Sequence record: OR228459.1
DNA: 64,000 nucleotides
Direction: 5' to 3' (one strand)
The notes under the pieces were generated by a model, which was not told where the DNA came from, did no database searches, and was given only the letters and a program-made list of their open reading frames with translations. The position numbers were made by a program, and so were the translations under genes. This document shows, piece after piece, positions 48,047 to 57,212 of the stretch (positions are counted from its first letter, which is position 1; every line of letters starts with the position of its first letter).

Positions 48047-48634
48047 ATGACTACTACTACTGAAAATGCACGTGTTACCCTGAAATCTGCACTGGAAGCT
48101 GGCGACGTTAAAACCCTTGCTGTTATCCTTGCGAAAGTTGGTCATGATAAAGACGGCGTATCTAAATTGGGCTTGACTTTCTCACTGGCGGTTAAGGAAG
48201 CGAAGGAAGTACTTAAAGAGCAAGCCAAAGCAGCAGAAGAAGCTGCACGTCAGGCAGCAGAACGCCGCGAAGCTAAAAAGGCTGCACGTCAAGCCGAAGA
48301 AGAAAAGCGTCAGGCTGAGATCAAGGCAGAAAAAGAAAATATGCTCAAGTTCCTCATGGATACGGTTAACGGTATGGGCTTAGACCTTGAGGCGGCAGAA
48401 GCGGCAGCAGAAGCGGCAATTGTTAAAAAGTACGGCGATGTTAACAAAGTACCTAAGTATACTTTTAACCGTGTAGCGGTGATTGTAGACGGTAAAGAAT
48501 ACAACATGCCAACTTCTGGGAACATGGTAGAAGTACTTAAAAATGCACTTGAAGCAAGCGGTAAATCGCGTAAAGAGTTTATCATCGAACACGCGAAAGA
48601 CAAGGCAGAAGCGGAAGCGGCATTCGCTGAATAA
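48047..48634 (+). CDS. H-NS-like protein (coiled coil + H-NS-type C-terminal domain), tentative
   Basis: EVLKNALEASGKSRKEFII aligns by eye with H-NS [19 protein letters not shown]; long Ala/Glu/Lys helix upstream. Confidence 0.5.
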   Translation: MTTTTENARVTLKSALEAGDVKTLAVILAKVGHDKDGVSKLGLTFSLAVKEAKEVLKEQAKAAEEAARQAAERREAKKAARQAEEEKRQAEIKAEKENMLKFLMDTVNGMGLDLEAAEAAAEAAIVKKYGDVNKVPKYTFNRVAVIVDGKEYNMPTSGNMVEVLKNALEASGKSRKEFIIEHAKDKAEAEAAFAE

Positions 48635-48692
48635 TAACAGTACTAAACTATAGGCGGCCTAAGTGGTCGCCTTTTTTTAATTGGGGGATTAT

Positions 48693-48953
48693 ATGGCTGT
48701 AGGATTCGCGAAAGACGGGGCAGAACAAGACGAGATTTTAGCGGTCATAAACGCCGCTGTAAGCCACGCAAGGAATCAGATAGGGGATAGTACTATTACA
48801 AGTAGAACGCACTGCCTAGACTGTTCTAGGACTATTCCTGAGCGTAGACGGGAAGTAGTAAAGGGTGTTAAGTACTGCGTAGAGTGTCAGGCTGATCATG
48901 ATAGTATATTTAAAAGAGATCCGCGTAATTGTTGGCACAGATCTATGAGATAG
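48693..48953 (+). CDS. DksA/TraR C4 zinc-finger protein, YbiI-like
   Basis: MAVGFAKDGA..CLDCSRTIPERRREVVKGVKYCVECQ..SMR parallels YbiI MASGWANDDA..CEECGAPIPQARREAIPGVRLCIHCQ. Confidence 0.85.
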   Translation: MAVGFAKDGAEQDEILAVINAAVSHARNQIGDSTITSRTHCLDCSRTIPERRREVVKGVKYCVECQADHDSIFKRDPRNCWHRSMR

Positions 48954-49034
48954 TACTTGACATACTTTCTGATTAAAGTATAATGATTTGCATAGAGGGA
49001 AACATCTTCCTTCACTAATTAAGGAAATAGAATC

Positions 49035-49307
49035 ATGCGTACACCAATGACCCGCGAAGAAATACACACAGTACTGACAACTAACATTCAGGACTGGAAG
49101 AAATACGCAGATATTAACGAAGCTCAAGACTTGAACAATGAGCTAGATGGTGAAGATCTGGACGTAATTTGTTCCCCTGAGTTTTATGATGATATTCATT
49201 CCGATGATGATGTTTGGAATGTACTGGAAAAGCATTTCCTCGATACTGATTTAAGTATCTACTCGCGTGATACTTTTATTTTAATTCACAACATTTATAA
49301 CAAATAA
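49035..49307 (+). CDS. hypothetical acidic protein
   Basis: Family A cassette + SD. Confidence 0.75.
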   Translation: MRTPMTREEIHTVLTTNIQDWKKYADINEAQDLNNELDGEDLDVICSPEFYDDIHSDDDVWNVLEKHFLDTDLSIYSRDTFILIHNIYNK

Positions 49308-49386
49308 TTGTTGACTTACTTATATAGTACTGTATAATGGTTTGCATAGGGGGAAACATCTTCCCCCATCAATTAAGGAAAAGAAA

Positions 49387-49596
49387 ATGACTCGATACAC
49401 TGTAGAAGTACGTACTACTAAAAACATTGCTACTGATGTGATTCGTTATTATAAGATGGTTTGTGGTGTTGCTCGCCGTATTAGTAAAGCGGATTATGAC
49501 AAGCTGGATCGCGAAGCTGATGGTATGGATTGTTTTTATACAGTAAACACAAAAACGCATACAAAGCAATTTAAAACATTGTCTTATTACATGTAA
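49387..49596 (+). CDS. hypothetical protein
   Basis: Family A cassette + SD; start trimmed. Confidence 0.7.
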   Translation: MTRYTVEVRTTKNIATDVIRYYKMVCGVARRISKADYDKLDREADGMDCFYTVNTKTHTKQFKTLSYYM

Positions 49597-49679
49597 AAAG
49601 TTTTACTCCAGTACTTGACAATAGATGCGAGTACTGGCATAATAACTTTATTGAAACGAAATACTATTAAGGAAATATC

Positions 49680-50069
49680 ATGGCTAATCTCATTGTTCGA
49701 TTGTATGAAGATTGTTTCTACTTTTAGTATTGTGGGAAACCTATATCCGTTAAAGAGATGATCGCATCGGGCTATATGTTATCTAAGCATGATCACACTG
49801 GATTCATGGCTGAAATGGTTGCGGCTAGTTATAAGTTTGGTGAAGAATGGGAAGCACAATATTTTCCGGCTGTCAATGCAATGATTAAGCGGTTGGCAGA
49901 ACACACTGAGTTTATGGAATTTTGGACTGTTTTAAAAATGGTTGACGTGAATCAGAATGGGGAAACGTGTCAGCCATACGCACATTTTGACGCTGGGGAA
50001 GATATTAGCACAATTTGGAAATGGTTGGAAGATAAATTTACAACAATTAAAATTGCAGATTACTTGTAA
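49680..50069 (+). pseudogene. hypothetical gene interrupted by in-frame TAG at 49725-49727
   Basis: SD AAGGA + ATG 49680 is in frame with track ORF 49758..50069 across a single amber codon. Confidence 0.55.
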
Positions 50070-50153
50070 AAGTACTTGCATTACTATCTGAAAAGCGTAT
50101 AATGGTTTGCATAGGGGGAAACATCTTCCCCCACTAACTAAGAGAAGAATATC

Positions 50154-50534
50154 ATGGCTAATCAAATCACTCCAGCACAGACCTTCAATAAATTCAGTAC
50201 TGAAATCGTATTGAAAGAGTATGTGCCAGATTATGGTTGGACTGATGCATGTGTATGCACTGATGTAGCAGATGCAAAGCAACGCATTAAAGATTATCGT
50301 GCGGAGGGTTTACAGGTTAAAACTGCCCGTCGCCGTGTACTTAACAAAGATGCTTTCTTATGTCAAGCTCTTTTAAACTTCTGCCGTGACTACTATCGCC
50401 GTACTGGTGGATTATGGCCTAATGAGGTTGAAGTACTGAAATCTAACGGTAAAGTAAAATTTACCTTGACTTTAAAAGAAATTGAGGAAGTACTTGGTGA
50501 TGATTGTTTTTTAGTAACTTCACAGCCAGCATAA
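50154..50534 (+). CDS. hypothetical protein
   Basis: Family A cassette. Confidence 0.8.
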   Translation: MANQITPAQTFNKFSTEIVLKEYVPDYGWTDACVCTDVADAKQRIKDYRAEGLQVKTARRRVLNKDAFLCQALLNFCRDYYRRTGGLWPNEVEVLKSNGKVKFTLTLKEIEEVLGDDCFLVTSQPA

Positions 50535-50603
50535 AAAAGTACTTGACACATAACGGGGATATGATACAATATCCCCATATTGAAAAGTAATGGAAGTACT
50601 GAA

Positions 50604-50795
50604 ATGAATTATCAAAAGGTTAGCAAGCGAGTAGTTGAACTCTCTAAGAAAGCACGTAAAGAGTATACCTTAGAACGTTCAATTAACAACTATCATTTAA
50701 AGCAAGGTGATAAGTTTATTGTTATTGACGAACCTTTGGAAATCGTGTATATTGTAGTTAATGCGATGATTCGTGATAAAACGAGGATTAAGTAA
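50604..50795 (+). CDS. hypothetical protein
   Basis: Track ORF trimmed. Confidence 0.6.
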   Translation: MNYQKVSKRVVELSKKARKEYTLERSINNYHLKQGDKFIVIDEPLEIVYIVVNAMIRDKTRIK

Positions 50796-51050
50796 ATGCG
50801 TACATTAGACCAACTTATTGACCCTAATACGTCAGCACGTCGATCAATGGTTACTATCGGCGGTAATGGTAAACAACACTGGAGTGGTTACATTTGCTTT
50901 ATTGTTGGTGGAAAAATGTATGAGCGGGTAGTATATCACAAAGAGATTAATTATATACTATTCCGTAAAGAAGTCATAGCAGTCGATCCTACCGCCCTAA
51001 AACCGATTGCAGGGGCATGGAACAAAGAATCGCTGTACCTTACAGCTTAA
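50796..51050 (+). CDS. hypothetical protein
   Basis: Track ORF. Confidence 0.7.
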   Translation: MRTLDQLIDPNTSARRSMVTIGGNGKQHWSGYICFIVGGKMYERVVYHKEINYILFRKEVIAVDPTALKPIAGAWNKESLYLTA

Positions 51051-51099
51051 CCAATAAAAGGCCGCTACGTGCGGCCTATCGCGTTCTAGAGGGTATATT

Positions 51100-51288
51100 A
51101 TGAATACTGTACAAGTACTAGATGAGATTGAAAAAATTGTTGACAGTACTAACAAACGTGATATACTGTTATCAAGAAATAAGGCTAACCAGTACGAAAA
51201 GAATTGCGTACAATCTGCACTAGGGGGTAACTTTGAATCGCTACACTCAACCATACTTCAAGGGAATAACAACCGCCCACCAGCGTAA
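51100..51288 (+). CDS. hypothetical protein
   Basis: Track ORF, SD GAGG. Confidence 0.5.
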   Translation: MNTVQVLDEIEKIVDSTNKRDILLSRNKANQYEKNCVQSALGGNFESLHSTILQGNNNRPPA

Positions 51289-51521
51289 AAAGAAACTACA
51301 CATAGTACAGAAACGAAAGCGTAAAGTACTTAAACTTAAACCAACATATAGTTGGGGATTGTCGTGGGATGAAATCAATCACGGACTATCATGGAATCAA
51401 TTATATGTTATTGGCTCAAGTGTTGGACGCTTTCATTTTAGTACTATATCACGACAAGAAACACGTGTAAACCCATATAAAAGTACTTGACATATATCCG
51501 GCTTAGTGAGATAATACTTAC

Positions 51522-51580
51522 AAGCCGGAGAAACGGCGTGACCCATAGGGTGCGAAGAAGTAATCAGTACTTGAGAATGA
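51522..51580 (+). ncRNA. candidate small RNA, family copy 4
   Basis: TTGACA(51487)-17-GATAAT; GCCG-GAGAAA-CGGC then ACCCATAGGGTGCG. Confidence 0.5.
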
Positions 51581-51584
51581 TAAT

Positions 51585-51636
51585 CATTTACAACACTAGA
51601 CAGATTTATGCACCCGATGGGTTAGATTGTTTTCAT
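51585..51636 (-). ncRNA. candidate small RNA, family copy 5
   Basis: TTGACA(51671)-17-TATTAT; CATGAAAACAATCTAACCCATCGGGTGCATAAATCTGTC. Confidence 0.55.
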
Positions 51637-51764
51637 GCATATATAATATCAAAGTACTGTTATAGTGTCAAGCATTTTTATTTGATAATTATTTTAAAAA
51701 AAGTCTTGCATTACTTTCTGAATAACGTATAATACTTACATCAACCACTGAGAGGAAAGAAACA

Positions 51765-52136
51765 ATGTCTATTAAGCGTATTGTATTTGGTCGCGGTGCA
51801 AGTGAAGAAGTAGTACCTGTTGAACTGATCGCGATGTTAAATGAAATGATTCGCCGTGGTGATATTAATTTTAGTCCTGATGTAATGCCTTATGCGATTT
51901 CGTATGAGGTGCGTAAAAGTCCTAAGTACTGGAAGATTGACCGTGTAGAATTGGACAAAGAAACCGGAGAGATTCGCGAGTTTGGGCGTAGTTCTGTTGG
52001 TGCTGTAGATTTTGAAGGGAACGTGTTTAAATCTGCCAGCTATAAAGCCGTTGCTAAGGGTATCCGTGGAAACATCTTTGTTAACAATGGTTTTAGTGCA
52101 ATTACTGGTGACGGATATATTCGTTATTTAAATTAA
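51765..52136 (+). CDS. conserved-looking phage hypothetical protein
   Basis: KYWKI..GAVDFEGNVFKSASYKAVAKGIRGNI pattern; own promoter. Confidence 0.8.
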   Translation: MSIKRIVFGRGASEEVVPVELIAMLNEMIRRGDINFSPDVMPYAISYEVRKSPKYWKIDRVELDKETGEIREFGRSSVGAVDFEGNVFKSASYKAVAKGIRGNIFVNNGFSAITGDGYIRYLN

Positions 52137-52223
52137 AAAGTACTTGCAAAGTAATCTGATTAGCGTATAATGTTTTACATAGAGAGGGGAAATAGTTTCC
52201 CCTCCATATTAAGGAAAAGTATC

Positions 52224-52460
52224 ATGGCACAGAAAATCACTCGCGATAACGTAGAATTTTACATTGATATCCTGAATACTAAACTTGAAAAGATGGGTGC
52301 TCCACTACGTTACAAAATGATCCCTGTTGCTGGTGGTTATGAGTTGCAAAAGTACAAGGGTGATATTCAGGTTGATTATTGTGTATCTGGTCAAAAACTC
52401 CGTGAAGTTTATGAGATTGTACGTTTTGCAGCTAACATGATTTCGGATAACGTGAAGTAA
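52224..52460 (+). CDS. hypothetical protein
   Basis: Family A cassette; start trimmed. Confidence 0.75.
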   Translation: MAQKITRDNVEFYIDILNTKLEKMGAPLRYKMIPVAGGYELQKYKGDIQVDYCVSGQKLREVYEIVRFAANMISDNVK

Positions 52461-52540
52461 TTATTATCAAAAAGTACTATTGACAGAAACATGATAGTAC
52501 TTTATAATACTTACATCAATTAAGCAAAGAGGAAAACAAA

Positions 52541-52846
52541 ATGCAAATGTCTAACCTGTATGTAGCTCACATCACTATGCGTCATGGTGAATATGAAACA
52601 CTGGTTAAACGTCTGATTATTGCTAAGAGTTTAGCAGAGGCAGAATTATACGCCTATGAAGAAGGGATGGCAACATTTGACGGTAGCGAATTAGAAGATA
52701 AATCCAGCTATCAAGAAGCGGATCAACCTCATACGTGGTATTTCTCAGGCGGGGATTGGTGCGTTACTCTTAATGCAGTTACATGGATTGAGGATCGCGA
52801 AACAGCTAAAGTAATTGCTAAATCTGATTTACTGTCTTATCTGTAA
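52541..52846 (+). CDS. hypothetical protein
   Basis: Own promoter, SD GAGG. Confidence 0.8.
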   Translation: MQMSNLYVAHITMRHGEYETLVKRLIIAKSLAEAELYAYEEGMATFDGSELEDKSSYQEADQPHTWYFSGGDWCVTLNAVTWIEDRETAKVIAKSDLLSYL

Positions 52847-52913
52847 AAGTACTTGACAACCTTTCGGGGGTAGGATATACTATCCCCATCAATTAAGCAA
52901 AGAGAGAAACAAA

Positions 52914-53324
52914 ATGTTTAAAATTACTAGCGTAGAAAAAAGCGGCGATTCCATGATTGTAAGTGCTTTCTGGAATGATGCTTGTCAAGTATCTATTAGC
53001 TTTAATCAAATGGGCGTAGTACAATCCTGTACTTTCGCAGAGGATACCAAAGAGCGAGCACAATTAGAAGATCATGCACGTTCGGTAATTAAATTCAATA
53101 TTCCTATTGAAATGGAACCTAATATCATTTATACTGATGATCAGGTCGAGCAAATGAAACGTTGGTATGAATCTTTGATTAAAGCGGAAAAGGTCATTGC
53201 AGAAATGGATCAATGTATCGTTGAAGCTGATTGGTTATCTGATATGTTCGGGCAAACATCCGGTAGCATTATTGATGCCCTGTTTAATGTTCGTGCGGCG
53301 TTAGATCCTCGCATCAATCAATAA
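52914..53324 (+). CDS. hypothetical protein
   Basis: Own promoter TTGACA-17-TATACT. Confidence 0.8.
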   Translation: MFKITSVEKSGDSMIVSAFWNDACQVSISFNQMGVVQSCTFAEDTKERAQLEDHARSVIKFNIPIEMEPNIIYTDDQVEQMKRWYESLIKAEKVIAEMDQCIVEADWLSDMFGQTSGSIIDALFNVRAALDPRINQ

Positions 53325-53326
53325 AG

Positions 53327-53365
53327 AAAAAAGGGGTTGACTTCGGTCGCCCCTTTTGTTATTAT
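53327..53365 (+). promoter_or_regulatory. terminator/-35 hybrid element, copy 8
   Basis: AAGGGGTTGAC-TTCG-GTCGCCCCTTTT..TATTAT. Confidence 0.8.
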
Positions 53366-53371
53366 ATAGTC

Positions 53372-53435
53372 ATTGGCAGATAAGCTACTAACCCATAGGG
53401 TGCAATAGTCTGTCTGTAGTATTTTAGTACTGAAA
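53372..53435 (+). ncRNA. candidate small RNA, family copy 6
   Basis: TGGC-AGATAA-GCTA then ACCCATAGGGTGCAATAGTCTGTC. Confidence 0.5.
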
Positions 53436-53501
53436 AATAGTTCTTGCTTTTATGTGCTGGTGGTGTATAATACTTGTATTGAAACAAACGAGGGTTCAAT
53501 T

Positions 53502-53663
53502 ATGGAACATGATTTTGATTCATCGGATTTTGAGTTGGCTAGTGATTATGCATGGCATCTTATGCAAAAAGAAGGTAAATCCGAAACTGATGCATTAATG
53601 CAGGCGGCTAACCAATATAATATTAATTACGTATCATTACAAGGATATTGGGATCAAGCATAA
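53502..53663 (+). CDS. small acidic hypothetical protein
   Basis: Track ORF trimmed behind GAGG. Confidence 0.65.
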   Translation: MEHDFDSSDFELASDYAWHLMQKEGKSETDALMQAANQYNINYVSLQGYWDQA

Positions 53664-53747
53664 AAAGTACTTGCATTACATATTCAGTACTGTATAATGG
53701 TTTGCATAGGGAAAAACAACTTCCCCCACTAATTAAGGAAATGAATT

Positions 53748-54212
53748 ATGAATAGCATCCAGTTCGTAGAAGCCATTGAAAAAGAATTCCTGTCAGTATT
53801 TCCTAACGGTTTCTTTATTGCCCGACCTTTACCGTTGGGCGGTGATGTAGGGATCACTATGGGACTGACTCGCGAACAGGCCGATTGTCCTCATAATATC
53901 CGTGATAATGATCGTATGCGTATGACCTTCGCGATCCACGGTATGAAGTTTGGGGATAGTGAAGATTATAACGACAAGTTAATTATGGAACCGTACTATT
54001 CAGCGATTAGCACGATTCCACGCAAGCCATACTACGCTATGGGACACGATAAGATCAAGACACGCAAAACCACTAACACGCCGGAAAAATTGATTGTAAC
54101 GCTTTCTAAGTACATTAAAACCGCAGGGCAGCAAGTAAAAGAGCTAGCAGAAGTAAACGAGATTTATCAGCAGGAACAGATTAAACCTCAGTACTTAGAA
54201 ATTAACGTGTAA
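53748..54212 (+). CDS. hypothetical protein
   Basis: Family A cassette. Confidence 0.8.
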   Translation: MNSIQFVEAIEKEFLSVFPNGFFIARPLPLGGDVGITMGLTREQADCPHNIRDNDRMRMTFAIHGMKFGDSEDYNDKLIMEPYYSAISTIPRKPYYAMGHDKIKTRKTTNTPEKLIVTLSKYIKTAGQQVKELAEVNEIYQQEQIKPQYLEINV

Positions 54213-54276
54213 TTATTATCAAAAGTACTTTACAAATACAGTAGAGTACTTTATAATACTTACATCAATTAAGCAA
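54210..54276 (+). repeat. 67-bp promoter repeat (family B), copy 1
   Basis: TAATTATTATCAAAAGTACTTTACAAATAYAGTAGAGTACTTTATAATACTTACATCAAYTAAGCAA. Confidence 0.9.
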
Positions 54277-54289
54277 AGAGGGTTACAAA

Positions 54290-54514
54290 ATGGCGGCTAA
54301 AACTTTTGAACAGTTAAAATGGGTTGCTGGTCAAATCACTGATGATCTGATGTATTCCCGAATGAATGAAGCAGTACTAAAAACCGTTTTCAATCGCCGG
54401 ACTAAATCTACTGAAATGGCTACCTTATGCGGCCTTGTATGTGCTAGTGCAATGGAACGTAAAATTAATACAGAAGTAATTGAGCGTTATTTACGCAACG
54501 TACATACTGAGTAA
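54290..54514 (+). CDS. hypothetical protein
   Basis: Between family B repeats. Confidence 0.75.
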   Translation: MAAKTFEQLKWVAGQITDDLMYSRMNEAVLKTVFNRRTKSTEMATLCGLVCASAMERKINTEVIERYLRNVHTE

Positions 54515-54578
54515 TTATTATCAAAAGTACTTTACAAATATAGTAGAGTACTTTATAATACTTACATCAATTAAGCAA
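54512..54578 (+). repeat. 67-bp promoter repeat (family B), copy 2
   Basis: One mismatch versus copy 1. Confidence 0.9.
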
Positions 54579-54591
54579 CGGGATTTATACT

Positions 54592-54822
54592 ATGGATAAT
54601 CGTGAAATCATTGCTCAAGTACTGACACGTATTTTAATGTCAACTCGACTTTCACAGGTACGCAACATCACAGCCGCACATGAAAATACATGGCGTGAAG
54701 CCTTAAATGGTAGTAATGCAAGTCAGCTAGCGGCGGATAATAAGCTGAAAGAAGTTATCAAGTCTGCTATGGCAGAATTGAATGATGATGCAGTAAATTA
54801 TGTTTTAAATTCTTTCAAATAG
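54592..54822 (+). CDS. hypothetical protein
   Basis: Track ORF after family B repeat. Confidence 0.75.
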   Translation: MDNREIIAQVLTRILMSTRLSQVRNITAAHENTWREALNGSNASQLAADNKLKEVIKSAMAELNDDAVNYVLNSFK

Positions 54823-54902
54823 TAATTGCATTACTTCTGAAATAACGTATAATGGTTTGCATAGGGGGAAACAACTTCCCCCACTAATTAAGGAAATATA
54901 AT

Positions 54903-55211
54903 ATGATTGCTAACGTTCAAGCCAACTTTGAAAACCAATTCATCAATGAAATATTGCGACTGGATGATGGGGTCGCACGTATTAACTACGGTTTTAACTC
55001 CGGTGGTTATGAAAGTAACGTGTACTTTTATACTGCTGACGGTGGTACACTGGCAATCGATACGGTAATTGTTGAAATACAAAAAGTAAACTTCAATGAT
55101 GAAAATGATCCACAGTGGTATATCATCGGCTATGACGTGAACTATGAAGATCAAGATCTTTATGACTCACATACAGGCCAGCAAATCATTCCCGCTTATG
55201 GGGATGAATAA
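54903..55211 (+). CDS. conserved-looking phage hypothetical protein
   Basis: DGGTL..WYIIGYDVNYEDQDLYDSHTG..IPAYG pattern. Confidence 0.8.
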   Translation: MIANVQANFENQFINEILRLDDGVARINYGFNSGGYESNVYFYTADGGTLAIDTVIVEIQKVNFNDENDPQWYIIGYDVNYEDQDLYDSHTGQQIIPAYGDE

Positions 55212-55214
55212 TAA

Positions 55215-55306
55215 CACAAAGGGGAGCTAACACTCCCCTGTTTATTTGTACAGTACTAAATCATATAGATACAATTCCGCACCCTGTGGGTTAGATTGTT
55301 TTCATG
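55215..55306 (-). ncRNA. candidate small RNA, family copy 7
   Basis: TTGACA(55341)-17-TATAAT; CATGAAAACAATCTAACCCACAGGGTGCGGAATTGTATC; terminator hairpin near 55220-55240. Confidence 0.55.
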
Positions 55307-55426
55307 ACAATAATTATACTTAAAATCGGGTGACGTGTCAAGCATTTATTTTATTAAAAACGTACTTGCAATTTTTCAGTACTGTAGTATAATACTTGTA
55401 TTGAAACGAGATAAGGGAAACACAAA

Positions 55427-55966
55427 ATGATTACACAAATCTATCACGGCAGCACCCGTTTTGATACTGCTGGTGGATATAAAGGCGGCAAGCCTAACAG
55501 CTTTCAATATGGTGTAGGTCTGTATTGTACTAATGCTTACTTGTGGGCTGAGAAGTACGGTCGAAGTGTTTATGTATTAGATGTGGAACTCAAACCAGAA
55601 CACCACGCCGACAATGTAGAAATTACAATTGAAAACTTGCAATATTGGGTTAACTGCTATTGCTCGCAAAAAGTAGCAAAGATCTTTAAAAAGGAATTCA
55701 GCCAGCGTAAAACTATGACTGCAAATCGCTTTGAATTGTGGTTGTACTGGAATGTAAGACGCTTTAAACCAATCGCCGTACAATTAGCTGCTTTCTTTGC
55801 TGCACAAGGTGTAACCCATAATAGCGAGGTTGGCAATTATGGTGGTAAACTCATTCGTATCTATGACTTTGATATTATCAAAGGTTACACAAAGGATAAA
55901 GAAGTACTACAAAAGTTAAACTACAACAATACAGAATTACCTGATTATCTGAAAGAAAAAGTTTGA
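55427..55966 (+). CDS. ADP-ribosyltransferase-fold protein (H-Y type), tentative
   Basis: IYHGST...YGVGLYCT..AEKYG matches the YHGT..GxGxYxT..AxxY pattern. Confidence 0.55.
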   Translation: MITQIYHGSTRFDTAGGYKGGKPNSFQYGVGLYCTNAYLWAEKYGRSVYVLDVELKPEHHADNVEITIENLQYWVNCYCSQKVAKIFKKEFSQRKTMTANRFELWLYWNVRRFKPIAVQLAAFFAAQGVTHNSEVGNYGGKLIRIYDFDIIKGYTKDKEVLQKLNYNNTELPDYLKEKV

Positions 55967-56023
55967 CAGTACTAAGGGAGTATTATATAATACTCCCATC
56001 TTAAGAAAACAAGGAATTACAAA

Positions 56024-56248
56024 ATGTCTTTATACTCACTGGAAGTTGAACATCATAACTTTAGTACTAAAATGATTGTAAGTACTGATGCAAAAGAGAG
56101 AGAAGATCAGTACAATGAAGTTATGACATGGGCTAAAGGTTTCTATCCTGCTGGGACTATTTTAAAGGCTAAGTGGGTATCACATGAAACTAAACTTGAT
56201 TTTCATTCAGCTATTGCTGGTGGTTATGAGGGGATTAAACTGTTATGA
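56024..56248 (+). CDS. hypothetical protein
   Basis: Own promoter and SD. Confidence 0.75.
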   Translation: MSLYSLEVEHHNFSTKMIVSTDAKEREDQYNEVMTWAKGFYPAGTILKAKWVSHETKLDFHSAIAGGYEGIKLL

Positions 56249-56391
56249 AAAAAGAATTTATCTTGCGAGTACAAATGAAAGGCGGTGCACAACGTACTTT
56301 TCGTGAATGGGGTTGGTCTGCTGGTATGGCCTTTGAACAGCTTAAAAAAGATAATCCCGATGTTCAATACAAAATAGAATCAAAAGAGGCG

Positions 56392-56458
56392 TAATTATTA
56401 TCAAAAGTACTTTACAAATATAGTAGAGTACTTTATAATACTTACATCAACTAAGCAA
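56392..56458 (+). repeat. 67-bp promoter repeat (family B), copy 3
   Basis: One mismatch versus copy 2. Confidence 0.9.
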
Positions 56459-56683
56459 AGAGGATAGGAAAATGAAAGAATCTCAATACGAAGCAGTACT
56501 GGCACAGACTGGTGAAGATCTGACTACTGAGCAGTACGCTAAAATTGAAGAGATGCTTTTAGCTGGTAAATCTGTTAAAGACACTGTGAAAGCAGTTCGT
56601 AAGATGTAAAATAATTAGTCAGTACTCTTGACATTATCATAGAGTACTGCTATAATTACTTTACTTAATCAGGAGAACATACG

Positions 56684-57001
56684 ATGGCTTTACATTCAGC
56701 AATGCGAAAAACTGTTAATATCTATGCAGATAAAAACATTATGGATTGTACTCTTGGACATACTGATAATCAATATGCCATTATTGTAAAAAACCCGTTC
56801 ACTGGTGAAGATTGCATTTACAGTGGACAGTACTTAGAAAGTAATTTATTACCTGCCACAAAACGCAGTGAAATGAAAGGGTATATTACCCGGCACAGAG
56901 CAGAACGTGACATTGCAACAATCTTTTTACCCGGTCAAAATGCTCGCGTGGTAACGATGGAAGAAGCAGAGATTTTTCTTGGCAGCCGCTTTAAAGTGTA
57001 G
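56684..57001 (+). CDS. hypothetical protein
   Basis: Own promoter, SD AGGAG. Confidence 0.8.
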   Translation: MALHSAMRKTVNIYADKNIMDCTLGHTDNQYAIIVKNPFTGEDCIYSGQYLESNLLPATKRSEMKGYITRHRAERDIATIFLPGQNARVVTMEEAEIFLGSRFKV

Positions 57002-57212
57002 TATAATACTTTTATCAAATCAAGTGGAGTACTAAAAAGATGATTACACCTATTGCACCAATTCACAAGACAGTGTATAATACTTATAGTACTCCAAAGC
57101 AGCAACATATTATCGAGGAACTGAAAGAACAGAAAAAAGAAGTAAAAAGTACTGGTAACCGAATCGATATTAAAGTATAATACTTACATCAACCACAAAG
57201 AGGAATACAAAA

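Noticed and set aside
49725-49727. Genome-wide TAG recoding
   Set aside because: Many genes end normally at TAG (e.g. 15795, 21438, 23797, 24704, 28911, 48953) with the next gene starting right after.
54210-56458. CRISPR array from the 67-bp repeats or the CCC/GGG motif
   Set aside because: Repeats are promoters separated by whole genes at irregular distances, not by 30-40 bp spacers; no cas genes.
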